This document shows positions 1 through 14,900 of a stretch of DNA of 64,000 bases, piece after piece. Location of the stretch: the NCBI RefSeq assembly GCF_902652985.1, contig NC_047016.1, positions 20,212,001-20,276,000 of the forward strand, read 5' to 3'. This DNA is from Pecten maximus (taxonomy: Eukaryota). The translations under genes and the position numbers were made by a program. Within the stretch, counting starts at the first letter, position 1, and the number at the start of each line of letters is the position of its first letter. The notes beneath the pieces are model-generated. The model was not told the DNA's origin, made no database searches, and saw only the letters and a list, made by a program, of their open reading frames with translations.

Positions 1-2035
1 CACTGTGCCCACATCCTACCTAGTCATCCCCTACCTTACTGTGACACTGTGCCCACATCCTACCTGATCCTACCTTACTGTGACACTGTGCCCACATCCT
101 ACCTGACCCCCTACCTTACTGTGACACTGTGCCCACATCCTACCTGACCCCCTACCTTACTGTGACACTGTGCCCACATCCTACCTGACCCCCTACCTTA
201 CTGTGACACTGTGCCCACATCCATCCTGACCCCCTACCTTACTGTGACACTGTGCCCACATCCTACCTGACCCCCTACCTTACTGTGACACTGTGCCCAC
301 ATCCTACCTGACCCCCTATCTTACCGTGACACTGTGCCCACATCCTACCTGACCCCCTACCTTACTGTGACACTGTGCCCACATCCTACCTGACCCCCTA
401 CCTTACTGTGACACTGTGCCCACATCCTACCTGACCCCCTACCTTACTGTGACACTGTGCCCACATCCTACCTGACCCCCTACCTTACTGTGACACTGTG
501 CTCACATCCTACCTGACCCCCTACCTTACTGTGACACTGTGCCCACATCCTACCTGACCCCCTACCTTACTGTGACACTGTGCTCACATCCTACCTAACC
601 CCCTACCTTACTGTGACACTGTGCCCACATCCTACCTGATCCTACCTTACTGTGACACTGTGCCCACATCCTACCTGACCCCCTACCTTACTGTGACACT
701 GTGCCCACATCCTACCTGACCCCCTACCTTACTGTGACACTGTGCCCACATCCTACCTAACCCCCTACCTTACTGTTACACTGTGCTCACATCCTACCTG
801 ACCCCCTACCTTACTGTGACACTGTGCCCACATCCTACCTGACCCCCTACCTTACTGTGACACTGTACCAACATCTTACCTGACCGTGACACTGTGCTCA
901 CATCCTACCTGACCCCCTACCTTACTGTGACACTGTGCCCACATCCTACCTAACCCCCTACCTTACTGTTACACTGTGCTCACATCCTACCTGACCCCCT
1001 ACCTTACTGTGACACTGTGCCCACATCCTACCTGACCCCCTATCTTACTGTGACACTGTGCTCACATCCTACCTGACCCCCTACCTTACCTTGACACTGT
1101 GCCCACATCCTACCTGACCCCCTACCTTACTGTGACACTGTGCCCACATCCTACCTGACCCCCTACCTTACTGTGACACTGTGCCCACATCCTACCTGGC
1201 CGTGACACTGTTCCCACATCCTACCTGACCCCCTACCTTACCTTGACACTGTGTACACATCCTACCTGACCCCCTACCTTACAGTGACACTGTGCCCACA
1301 TCCTACCTGACCCTACCTTAGTGACACTGTACCCACATCCTACCTGACCCCCTACCTTACTGTGACACTGTGCCCACATCCTACCTGACCCTACCTTAGT
1401 GACACTGTACCCACATCCTACCTGACCCTACCTTAGTGACACTGTACCCACATCCTACCTGACCCCCTACCTTACTGTGACACTGTGCCCACATCCTACC
1501 TGACCACGACACTGTGCCCACATCCTACCTGACCCCCTACCTTACTGTTACACTGTGCTCACATCCTACCTGATCCCCTACCTTACTGTGACACTGTGCC
1601 CACATCCTACCTGACCCCCTACCTTACCTTGACACTGTGTACACATCCTACCTGACCCCTACCTTACAGTGACACTGTGCCCACATCCTACCTGACCCTA
1701 CCTTAGTGACACTGTGCTCACATCCTACCTGACCCCCTACCTTACTGTGACACTGTACCCACATCCTACCTGACCCCCTACCTTACTGTGACACTGTGCC
1801 CACATCCTACCTGACCCTACCTTAGTGACACTGTACCCACATCCTACCTGACCCTACCTTAGTGACACTGTACCCACATCCTACCTGACCCCCTACCTTA
1901 CTGTGACACTGTGCCCACATCCTACCTGACCCCCTACCTTACTGTGACACTGTGCCCACATCCTACCTGACCCCCCTACCTTACTGTGACACTGTACCCA
2001 CATCCTACCTGACCCTACCTTACTATGACACTGCC
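1..2035. repeat. 41-bp minisatellite GACACTGTGCCCACATCCTACCTGACCCCCTACCTTACTGT
   Basis: Direct tandem copies; runs off the window start. Confidence 0.97.
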
Positions 2036-2064
2036 TACATACTTCCTGTTGTGTTAGCATGAAG

Positions 2065-4260
2065 CTGTGCCCACACTCTACCTAAACTGAAGCATTACTA
2101 TGACGATGTGCCCACACCCAACCTCAGAAGCATTACCATGACACTGTGCCCACACCCTACCTCTGAAGCATTACCATGACACTGTGCCCACACCCTACCT
2201 CTGAAGCATTACCATGACACTGTGCCCACACCCTACCTCTGAAGCATTACCATGACACTGTGCCCACACCCTACCTCTGAAGCATTACCATGACACTGTG
2301 CCCACACCCTACCTCTGAAGCATTACCATGACACTGTGCCTACACCCTACATCTAAAAAATTACCATGACACTGTGCTCACACCCTACCTTTGAAACATT
2401 ACCATGACAATGTGGACACACACTACATCTGAAAAATTACCATGACACTGTGCCCAAACCCTACCTTAGAAGTGTTACTATGACACTGTGCCCACACCGA
2501 ACCTCTGAACAATTACTATGACACTGTGCCCACACCCTACCTCTGAAGTGTTACTATGACACTGTGTCCACACCAAACCTCTGAACAATTACCATGACAC
2601 TGTGCCCTCACCCTACCTCTGAAGTGTTACTATGACACTGTGCCCACACCAAACCTCTGAACAATTACCATGACACTGTGCCCACACCCTACCTCTGAAA
2701 AATTACCATGACACTGTGCCCACATCCTACCTCTGAAGTGTTTCTATGACACTGTGCCCACACCCTACCTCTGAAGTGTTACAATGACACTGTACCCACA
2801 CGCAGCCTCTGAACAATTACCATAACACTGTGCCCACACCCTTCCTTAACTCAACCATTACCACGACAATGTGCCCACACCCTACCTTAAATTAACTCAA
2901 CAATTACCATGACACTGTGCCCACACCCTACCTCTGAAGTGTTACTATGACACTGTGCCCACACCCTACCTCTGAAGTGTTTCTTTGACACTGTACCCAC
3001 ACCCTACCTCTGAAGTGCTTCTATGACACTGTGCCCACACGCAGCCTCTGAACGATTACCATGACACTGTGCCCACACCCTTCCTTAACTCAACCATTAC
3101 CACGACAATGTGCCCACATCCTACCTCTGAAGTGTTTCTATGACACTGTACCCACACCCTACCTCTGAAGTGCTTCTATGACACTGTGCCCACACGCAGC
3201 CTCTGAACGATTACCATGACACTGTGCCCACACCCTTCCTTAACTCAACCATTACCACGACAATGTGCCCACACCCTACCTTAAATTAACTCAACAATTA
3301 CCATGACACTGTGCCCACACCCAACCTCAGAAGCATTACCATGATTCTGTGCCCACACTCTACCTTAACTCAACCATTACCATGACTCTGCCCACACCTA
3401 ACCTTTGAACAATTATCATGACACTGTGCCTACACCCTACATCTAAAAAATTACCATGACACTGTGCCCACACCCTACCTTTGAAACATTACCATGACAA
3501 TTTGAACACACACTACATCTGAAAAATTACCATGACACTGTGCCCACACCCTACCCTTGAAGTGTTACTATGACAATATATGTCATTATGTGCCAAAACC
3601 CTACCTTAGAAGTGTTACTATGACACTGTGCCCACACCGAACCTCTGAACAATTACTATGACACTGTGCCCACACCCTACCTCTGAAGTGTTACTATGAC
3701 ACTGTGCCCACACCAAACCTCTGAACAATTACCATGACACTGTGCCCACATCAATCCTCAACTCAACCATAACCATGACACTGTGCCCACACCCTACATC
3801 TGAAAAATTACCATGACACTGTGCCAACACCCTACCTCTGAAAAATTACCATGACACTGTGCCCACGTCCTACCTCTGAAGTGTTCTATGACACTGTGCC
3901 CACACCCTACCTCTGAAGTGTTACATGACACTGTGCCCACACCCTACCTCTGAAGTGTTACTATGACACTGTGCCCACACGCAGCCTCTGAACAATTACC
4001 ATGACACTGTGCCCACACCCTTCCTTAACTCAACCATTACCACGGCAATGTGCCCACACCCTACCTTAAATTAACTCAACAATTACCATGATTCTGTGCC
4101 CACACCCTACCTTAACTCAACCATTACCATGACACTGCCCACACCTAACCTTTGAACAATTACCATGACACTGTGCCCACACCCAACCCGAATTAACAGT
4201 GACTGCCCACACCCCACCTGAAGTAACAGTGACTGCATGACCTACCCTACCTTAAGAGTG
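2065..4260. repeat. 38-bp related minisatellite ATGACACTGTGCCCACACCCTACCTCTGAAGCATTACC
   Basis: Tandem copies with several variant types. Confidence 0.95.
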
Positions 4261-4549
4261 ACGTACATAACACTGCATGTGTCATAAAACCCTACCTGAA
4301 ATGTTACTGTGACACAGTTCTCTGTTCATTAAGTCTTTGATGTAGGGAACTCTCACCAAAGAAATGGCAGTAAGTATGGTCCACAGACTGATGGACGGTA
4401 CAGACCCAAGTCGCACTAGCATCCTTTGTACTGAATCCCATCATTGATACACACACAATGATCAGGTGAGGTGTATGGGAAGTCAGTGTGTGACACCATT
4501 TCCTTGGCATTATCCCACAGATATATACACAGAACTGGAGCATATCACT

Positions 4550-5667
4550 GGATTCTAACCCAGGACCTCTATATCATGTAGGGAGATTCTAACCCAGGAC
4601 CTCTATATCATGTAGGGAGATTCTAACCCAGGACCTCTATATCATGTAGGGAGATTCTAACCCAGGACCTCTATATCATGTAGGGAGATTCTAACCCAGG
4701 ACCTCTATATCATGTAGGGAGATTCTAACCCAGGACCTCTATATCATGTAGGGAGATTCTAACCCAGGACCTCTATATCATGTAGGGAGATTCTAACCCA
4801 GGACCTCTATATCATGTAGGGAGATTCTAACCCAGGACCTCTATATCATGTAGGGAGATTCTAACCCAGGACCTCTATATCATGTAGGGAGATTCTAACC
4901 CAGGACCTCTATATCATGTAGGGGCATTTAACCCAGGACCTCAATATCATGTAGGGAGATTCTAACCCAGGACCTCTATATCATGTAGGGAGATTCTAAC
5001 CCAGGACCTCTATATCATGTAGGGAGATTCTAACCCAGGACCTCTATATCATGTAGGGAGATTCTAGCCCAGGACCTCTATATCATGTAGGGACATTTAA
5101 CCCAGGACCTCTATATCATGTAGGGAGATTCTAACCCAGGACCTCTATATCATGTAGGGACATTTAACCCAGGACCTCTATATCATGTAGGGAGATTCTA
5201 ACCCAGGACCTCTATATCATGTAGGGACATTTAACCCAGGACCTCAATATCATGTAGGGAGATTCTAACCCAGGACCTCTATATCATGTAGGGAGATACT
5301 AACCCAGGACCTCTATATCATGTAGGGAGATTCTAACCCAGGACCTCAATATCATGTAGGGAGATTCTAACCCAGGACCTCTATATCATGTAGGGAGATT
5401 CTAACCCAGGACCTCTATATCATGTAGGGAGATTCTAACCCAGGACCTCTATATCATGTAGGGAGATTCTAACCCAGGACCTCTATATCATGTAGGGAGA
5501 TTCTAACCCAGGACCTCTATATCATGTAGGGACATTTAACCCAGGACCTCTATATCATGTAGGGAGATTCTAACCCAGGACCTCTATATCATGTAGGGAG
5601 ATTCTAACCCAGGACCTCTATATCATGTAGGGACATTTAACCCAGGACCTCTATATCATGTAGGGAC
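4550..5667. repeat. 34-bp minisatellite TTCTAACCCAGGACCTCTATATCATGTAGGGAGA
   Basis: ~33 highly homogeneous copies. Confidence 0.97.
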
Positions 5668-8600
5668 AGTCTCCTTTAGCTTAACATTCGACCATAAATT
5701 TAGCCATATATTGTAAAATAATTGAAAATATTATATTTGCTCTGAAATATGGTGAGTGAAAACACCTAGTTAGCTGAAGGTTAAACTACGTGTACCTGGT
5801 AATGACATTTAATTTTTCATTCTAACCTTTTCCATACCTGTCAGGTTAACAGTATCATTTCTTCACAAAAAAAGGGGAACATTGTTTAACACAAGGACAT
5901 TTTTGACGATTAATTAAATGGAAAATTACTGGCTACTCAACAATTCATTATCTAGGCGATATTAATAATCATAGTCATACATAAAACAAACCAAACACAT
6001 GTAAGTAATCATCCTTTTATTATCCAAATTTTGCATTTACTTGTATAACAAAGTTTAATAATAATATTTTATCATCATTTACAGATGACAAACTAAGACA
6101 CACATTGACCTACTGATGATACAAGAGATCACATACATATCACAGATGGGAAATAAAGGAGTACGTTACAAACTACACATAGCGATTCTTCATACAAAAA
6201 CAGATGTAGTAATCTATAAGGCCGCTAATATTAAACAAAAGTAAAAAAAAAATAACAATATATATAATCTTATATAATTTCAAAAAGTAACATTTCATGT
6301 TCAATTTAAAAGCTTCTTAAAATTTGAATGCAGTAATAGTCTGTATGAAGTAGATAGATTAACAAGATATATTTTTGATGTACCCTAGGTTTGTAGAGAA
6401 CAGAAATGCCATATATTCAGCTGACAAAACATATAATAAATCCGCATTTAAGAGATCTTACACATGATTATCACATACTTTTAAAAGAATATAAAAAAAA
6501 AATCCCTATGGGACCTTAATCATCTTATACAACATCACATTGATATAGTGTAATTACAACAACATAATATTATTTATCTAATTTTTAAAAAAGAAGAAAC
6601 AGATCTATTTGAGTGAGTATATAAATATATTCCAGCATAGAAATCTTCATTTAACAATAACACTACTTACAGTACTTGTTTCATTTTCAGAAATTTAAAA
6701 ACCAGATTTGATGGAACAAATTAATAATCGCCTGATAAGTTTCCTGTATGTTAATACTAGGGATCCTCAGAGTTTATGATTAAATTGCTGAACTTGCCCA
6801 TCTCTAATAAACAGTAATGTGTTAAGCAAGCTAGGGTACGTACCTGAGCTAGGGTAGTATATATATTAGAATACGTAATTATGTAAATGCAGTATATTTT
6901 GCTTTTCTACTTTTGTTATAATTCTAATTAGCTGTATAATTATATCTGTACAAAGCTGGTTTGATAATCTTGAGAAAGAGTGATTTTTGCAGCAGTGACC
7001 AGGCAAAAACATGCACCACTCAGTCAACACTATTTAGTGGCTCTCTCTTCCCATCTGTGGGCTATCTTTCTGCCTAACTTTATACTAACTTTCTGCCTAA
7101 CTGCAGGTTAACTTTCGGTTCAACTCTGGGCTAACTCTGCCTAACTGTGGGCTAACTAAATTTCAGCTCAAACATGGACTAACTTTTTGCCCAGCTGTGG
7201 GTTAACTCTGCATAATTGAGGCCTAAATCCCCACCAAGCTAATGTTAAGTAGAATTTGATTTTATTATTTGTTTTTACTTATATTCAATATTTAGAATTC
7301 TATATCACCATTAATATTTATGAGATGCATGATCACAATTTCTTTGACACTTAAAGAAGTAGTAAGAATTCTTGTAATTTTTCAACAGCAAAAAATATTG
7401 ATGAAACTGGTGAGAACTGATCACTAGGGTCAGGGAAACAGGTTAATTGCTTAAATGAACATATATTAAAAAGTTTTATCAAATAACGACAATGTAACAT
7501 AATGTCATTTTATGGGGTTAAGATTTTCAAAATACAAATTAGGACATTCTTTTTGAAACATTCTGCATGTCTTATTACAATTTATAGCCAATCACACATA
7601 TATAACAAATGTGTTTGTAATTAGAATTCAGTGTTAATGGAGTGATCTGATTGTGCCATGGTAATACACAAATTACAATGTATTAGATACAATTATAATG
7701 TATGAAAGTCAATTGTAACTGTAACTTATAATCAACAAGCTGATGCCTCGGAGAGTAGATGACTGACATGTAAGCGGTGCACACATGATCTACAATATAC
7801 CCGTGCATGATATTTTAAAATCCTATAAAAAAATAATATCTTAAGACTGTTACGGAACTATATAACATGAAAAACATGGATTGTTGGTGAAACATTTACA
7901 GTTCTAGGGTTACAGTTGTAGGAGCACTATTGAGGGCAGTCATTGTTCAAAACAGCACGATACGGACATTAACATTATATATCTGTAAATATAATCATAA
8001 AATATAGGAAAATTACAAAAAGGAATCTAAAAACAATTTTTTTGCAAATATTCAATTATTGAGTAAGGACAACTTGAACAATTAGAATTTTTGCAAATTT
8101 GTTTTTTAAATGGTACACATTTTGTTTTTATGTGGTACACATTTTGTTTTGCAACTACAAATTAATTTGTTTGACCATCATTACAAGTTGTACACGTAGT
8201 TGACATTCTGGTAACATATAGTAATATTACAGAGTGAATTCAGCATTCAAAATTTATATCAAAAAATTAAAATTGAAATCCTTAAAACATGAGAACCTAT
8301 CAAAATTAGTCTTATTTACACCAAATTGTTATAAGATAATAAATATTGATTGTTAACATTCTACTGACACAATGCAGGACTTGCTTTCCAATTGAAAATA
8401 TACTATAGTTTTTAAAAGCATCTACACATTTTGATCAGTTCGATTTTGCCTATCAAGATATTTTTTATTTTTTAATAAATTTTCTGAAAAACATTTCCCT
8501 TTCTGGCATTTGAAAACTGAAATGAAATCATTTAATGTATAGCTACTATATAGACCAGTAAGTAATTGCAGCACTTGACCTTACAGAATCCGGTCAAACT

Positions 8601-8786
8601 TTTGTACACTATTCTGTTTATACATGTAGTCCTCTCTCAGTGTCCACCATTATAACCTGAACTGTTTCTCTGATGGTTAATGGTAACATTTCCAACAATG
8701 GTGGCACTTCATCATCTATGTAATGGCGAGTAAATATTGTGTGATGAGCATTGTCTGAATGTCCATTTAACTATAACATCCTTGAT

Positions 8787-8917
8787 CTAACTGCCTTTCT
8801 CAGCTGCCTCCTTTGCTGCTGCGTCCAGTTCCTTGGAATACTCTTTGTTGCCATGGTCACCACCTGTTGTCGTGGCCTCAGCTTTGGAAACGGTCTCCTC
8901 AACAACCTCTGTCACAC
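8787..8917 (-). CDS. AK5: AK5-like terminal coding exon (GVTEVVEETVSKAEATTTGGDHGNKEYSKELDAAAKEAAEKGS*)
   Basis: ttacag acceptor, GC-richer codon-like island, TAG at 8789-8787; followed by an AT-rich ~2.8-kb putative 3' UTR with a minus-strand AATAAA at 6016-6021. Confidence 0.65.
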
Positions 8918-11900
8918 CTGTAATCCAACAAATACAATGCCATGCATTATCATGCAGATGAGAGGATCACATGCTGGATAGTAAAATCAGATAACACAGG
9001 TGTAACACAAAACAGACAGAAACTAAAGGCCTTAACAAAGTACAGTCATAATATCAAAACACTTGTCACTTTCTTTGGTAAGATATTTTATGAGGAAACA
9101 TCAATGTATGCCCTGCCCCCATTCAAAAGAAAATTTTGATTCTGAAAGCAAAAATTGAAAAACATTGAATTTTCTAACTTGGCTGCACAGCAATGACATT
9201 TCATTCCAAAAGAAAATTCATGTAAAGTATCAGTATCATGTTACTAATTTGTGGACTGATGGACAGACAAAGTGTAACATATATATCTTTATAACTTTGT
9301 GGCGACCGGGATAGAAAATAAATTAATGCAAGATTCACAGCAAACACGATTAAGCAGAAATCACACTGACGAGTTAGGCTAATATTTGTACAACATCAGT
9401 ACAACTTAACAGGTACAAGTTCCTGGAGATATTCTAGGAGAACAACAGGTGATTGTTACTTTCAGTAGTCTATTGTATTTAATGTCCAGTCAGTTTGTGA
9501 ATTTGTAGGGTTTATCAAAATCACCCATCCACAGCCAGGGTTATTTTCTGATGGAATACGTAGTAGCTGATGGCTACCTCAGTCAACAATAAATGAAAGG
9601 TCTGTCACAAATTCTATACAAGGGTAAGACGGCGTCTTGTCTATACCTACACAACAATAACTGCCTATACCTACACTACAATAACACTACAGGACAGTCT
9701 AATCTCAGGTTTGTGATAAAAAATTTCCAATGTAGGTATCAAACGACACACCTCAGATCTTCACCCACACTTGTATTAGTTTGATACTCCATGGTCCGAG
9801 GTACGTCTGTCTCATTATTATTATCAGATTTTAATTATGGTCTATAAGCTTCTGTTAACGGTGGTGAAAGTGATATATTAAGAGTTTGGTTGTCAGCACC
9901 AGGCTTACTGAGTGCTGTCAAATATCCCAGTCCATGCATGAAACAGTCACCCATGTTTGACTTCTTTTCTCACATACTCATCAATAAACAAAATTCCAGT
10001 CGAAATAAACATAAACGTAATTAATCAACCAAAATCCTGAAATCCTAGGGTTGAGACGGGGATTCCCCATTTTCCGCAATTCTATGACGTCACAACTACA
10101 ATAAAATGATGTCATATCAACAATTCATTATTATGACATCATGACGCATGTCAGTTGTGTACACCAGTAAAAACAGACATTTTGATATAAATCTTGCATT
10201 TCCTTATGAGTCGTTGTGCAGTCTCTGTATAGAATTGAAGTTAGCCTATTAACTGTGCCCACAGAACCAAATTTAATACAATATAAGGGGGAATCTGTGT
10301 CACCTTGTAAGAGCCAAGTAACCTATTGTACAGGACGAGGAAGCAACTGTGGTTTAATGATGACAATCTTCTGGTAGATATTTGATAAATTCAGCTGACA
10401 TGTACACGTGGCATTTCCACCTAATTCTATTTCTACCTAAATCTATTTCCACCTAATTCTATTTACATATATGATATCTTAGTCCAGATTACTCTCATGT
10501 CATGCAAAAATCATATCTCTAAACCATGTTGTTAGGAACATTTTGCATTTTATCATTGATCTAAAATAAACAATCCAGTTCCATGTTAATGATGATTCTA
10601 GTTTTTATTTGCCCCCACAGATTTTATAGGTTTTATAAGAGTACATAACTATAGTGAATTATACCTTTTTTCTTTCCTTGAAATGAACAACAGCGTATTT
10701 CTCCAAAAGTTCGCGTGCTCGTTCCGTATATTAATTTACGAAAAAATGAGAGATACCTGAAAAAATTGTCCTGAAAAAGCTAAAGTTAACTTTGAATTAA
10801 AACCAAAATAGATATATTGCAAAGAAATGGTTGCATATATTTATAAATATATGGGGTGAAGTAAAAAAAGAAGTTAAACTAGGAAAATTATACTTCTACA
10901 GTAAGTAAAACTGATATTACTTCTACACATTTGAGGATGAGAATATGTGTGACCAGATTTGTTACTGCATGATACTGAGAGTTAGTAAGAAAAAGGATTT
11001 ATTTTTCACTTGAAATTGAAAGTATACCTACTAAACATACAAGTTATAACTATAATACTGTGGCAACAAATGTCTCTGTAACATATGAACCATTGGGCTA
11101 CATGTGTCTCATTGACATATGAACCATTGGGCTACATGTGTCTCATTGACATATGAACCATTGGGCTACATGTGTCTCATTGACATATGAACCATTGGGC
11201 TACATGTGTCTCATTAACATATGAACCATTCGGCTACATGTGTCTCACTGACATATGAACCATTCGGCTACATGTGTCTCATTAACATATGAACCATTGG
11301 GCTACATGTGTCTCACTGACATATGAACCATTGGGCTACATGTGTCTCATTAACATATGAACCATTGGGCTACATGTGTCTCATTAACATATGAACCATT
11401 CGGCTTCATGTGTCTCATTAACATATCAACCATTGGGCTACATGTGTCTCATTAACATATAAACCATTGGGCTACATGTGTCTCATTAACATATGAACCA
11501 TTGGGCTACATGTGTCTCATTAACATATGAACCATTGGGCTACATGTGTCTCATTAACATATGAACCATTGGGCTACATGTGTCTCATTAACATATGAAC
11601 CATTCGGCTTCATGTGTCTCATTAACATATCAACCATTGGGCTACATGTGTCTCTTTAACATATGAACCATTTGGCTACATGTGTCTCATTAACATATGA
11701 ACCATTGGGCTACATGTGTCTCATTGACATATCAACCATTGGGCTACATGTGTCTCATTAACATATCAACCATTTGGCTACATGTGTCTCATTAACATAT
11801 GAACCATTCGGCTTCATGTGTCTCATTAACATATCAACCATTGGGCTACATGTGTCTCATTAACATATCAACCATTGGGCTACATGTGTCTCATTAACAT

Positions 11901-14900
11901 ATCAACCATTGGGCTACATGTGTCTCACTGACATATGAACCATTGGGCTACATGTGTCTCATTAACATATGAACCATTGGGCTACATGTGTCTCTTTAAC
12001 ATATGAACAATTGGGCTACATGTGTCTCATTAACATATGAACCATTCGGCTACATGTGTCTCATTAACATATGAACAATTGGGCTACACATGTCTCTTTA
12101 ACATATGAACCATTGGGCTACACATGTTTCTTTAACATACATATGAACCAAGGCTTCATTGTCTGAACCCTGGCTACAAGTGTCCCTTTAACATATGAGC
12201 CATTGGGCTACAATTGTCTCTTTAACATCTGAACCATTGGGTTACATGTGTCCCTTTAACATATAAAGTTAAAAACCCTGGCTACAAGTGTCTCTTTAAC
12301 ATATAAACCCTGGCTACAAGTGTACTTTTAACACATAAAGCCATGTTACAAATGTACCTTTAACATATGAACCCTGGCTACAAGTGTCCCTTTAACATAT
12401 GAACCTTGGCTACAAGTGTCCCTTTAACATATGAACCCTGGCTACAAGTGTCCCTTTAACATATAAACCCTGGCTACAAGTGTCCTTTTAACATATAAAC
12501 CCATGTTACAAGTGTCTCTTTAACATATAAACCCTGGCTACAGGTGTCCCTTTAACATATAAACCCTGGCTACAAGTGTCCCTTTAGCATATAAACCCAT
12601 GTTACAAGTGTCCCTTTTACATATGAATCCTGGCTACAAGTGTCCTTTTAACATATAAACCCTGGCTACAGGTGTCCCTTTAACATATAAACCCTGGCTA
12701 CAAGTGTCTCTTTAACATATAAACCCTGGCTACAAGTGTCTCTTTACAGTCTTCTTCATGATTCAGAAACTGAACATCTTTATTCTGACTTTTCTGTTGA
12801 TGTTAATGAATGTATGCATGATCTAATTTTTGTTTCTGTTGAATATAGGAAAACAGAGGACACAGGAAGATACAGAATTTACATCTCCATTAATAAAAAG
12901 TAAAATCAATTCATTATATTTGTGATTACAATAAATTCATTTTACTTAAATTAAAATCATGTATTGTTTTTAAAGAATACTTAATGATTTAGTTATATAT
13001 CAGCATTTGATCAAACACGCATGCACTAAGTTTACCATCATGACTAAAAACCAAACTTGCTATATCATCACACTAGATCACAGGTCAAGTCAAACCATTC
13101 AAAGTTACAAACACAGACATCTAACAAACAAAGGACTGTCTTACAGGTCAACCAAGTTTTACTACTTACAGAAAAAAACATCAATATCTTGTGTATTTTC
13201 ACTTAAATAATTGATGTCATTGATATTATGAAAAATATGACAACCTGAGTGAGTGTTCCCTTCCTGACTTGAGAGATTAGTAGCAGGAGGGAGGGGGCCC
13301 CTGAGTGAGTGTTCCTTTCATAACTAGACAGACACTCTGTACAGAGTGGGAGACACAGTCCCTGAATGAGTGTTCCCTACCTGACTAAGGAGATATTAGT
13401 GGGAGGGAGAAGAGGCCCTGAGTGAGTGTTCTGTTCCTGACTAGGGAGACACTCTGTAGTGGGTGGGGGAGACAGATCATTAGGGAGTGTTCTGTTCCTG
13501 ACTAGGGAGACACTCTGTAGTGGGAGGGGGAAGAGGCCCTGAGTGAGTGTTCTGTTCCTGACTAGGGAGACACTCTGTAGTGGGTGGGGGAGACAGATCA
13601 TTAGGGAGTGTTCTGTTCCTGACTAGGGAGACACTCTGTAGTGGGTGGTGGAGACAGATCCTGAGGGAGTGTTCTGTTCCTGATTAGGGAGACACTCTGT
13701 AGTGGGTGGGGGAGACAGACCCTGAGGGAGTGTTCTGTTCCTGACTAGGGAGACACTCTGTAGTGGGTGGTGGAGACAGATCATGAGGGAGTGTTCTGTT
13801 CCTGACTAGGGAGACACTCTGTAGTGGGTGGGGGAGACAGACCCTGAGGGAGTGTTCTGTTCCTGACTAGGGAGACACTCTGTAGTGGGTGGTGGAGACA
13901 GACCATGAGGGAGTGTTCTGTTCTTGACTAGGGAGACACTCTGTAGTGGGTGGGGGAGACAGACCATGAGGGAGTGTTCTGTTCCTGACTAGGGAGACAC
14001 TCTGTAGTGGGTGGGGGAGACAGACCATGAGGGAGTGTTCTGTTCCTGACTAGGGAGACACTCTGTAGTGGGTGGGGGAGACAGACCCTGAGGGAGTGTT
14101 CTGTTCCTGACTAGGGAGACACTCTGTAGTGGGTGGGGGAGACAGACCCTGAGGGAGTGTTCTGTTCCTGACTAGGGAGACACTCTGTAGTGGGTGGGGG
14201 AGACAGACCATGAGGGTGTGTTCTGTTCCTGACTAGGGAGACACTCTGTAGTGGGTGGGGGAGACAGACCCTGAGGGAGTGTTCCGTTCCTGACTAGGGA
14301 GACACTCTGTAGTGGGTGGGGGAGACAGACCATGAGGGTGTGTTCTGTTCCTGACTAGGGAGACACTCTGTAGTGGGTGGGGGAGACAGACCATGAGGGT
14401 GTGTTCTGTTCCTGACTAGGGAGACACTCTGTAGTGGGTGGGGAGACAGACCCTGAGGGAGTGTTCTGTTCCTGACTAGGGAGGCACTCTGTAGTGGGTG
14501 GGGGAGACAGACCCTGAGGGAGTGTTCCGTTCCTGACTAGGGAGACACTCTGTAGAGGGTGGTGGAGACAGACCCTGAGGGAGTGTTCTGTTCCTGACTA
14601 GGGAGACACACTGTAGTGGGTGGTGGAGACAGATCCTGAGGGAGTGTTTCCTTCCTGACTAGGGAGACACTCTGTAGTGGGTGGTGGAGACAGATCCTGA
14701 GGGAGTGTTCTGTTCCTGACTAGGGAGACACTCTGTAGTGGGTGGGGGAGACAGACCCTGAGGGAGTGTTCTGTTCCTGACTAGGGAGACACTCTGTAGT
14801 GGGTGGTGGAGACAGATCCTGAGGGAGTGTTCTGTTCCTGATTAGGGAGACACTCTGTAGTGGGTGGGGGAGACAGACCCTGAGGGAGTGTTCTGTTCCT

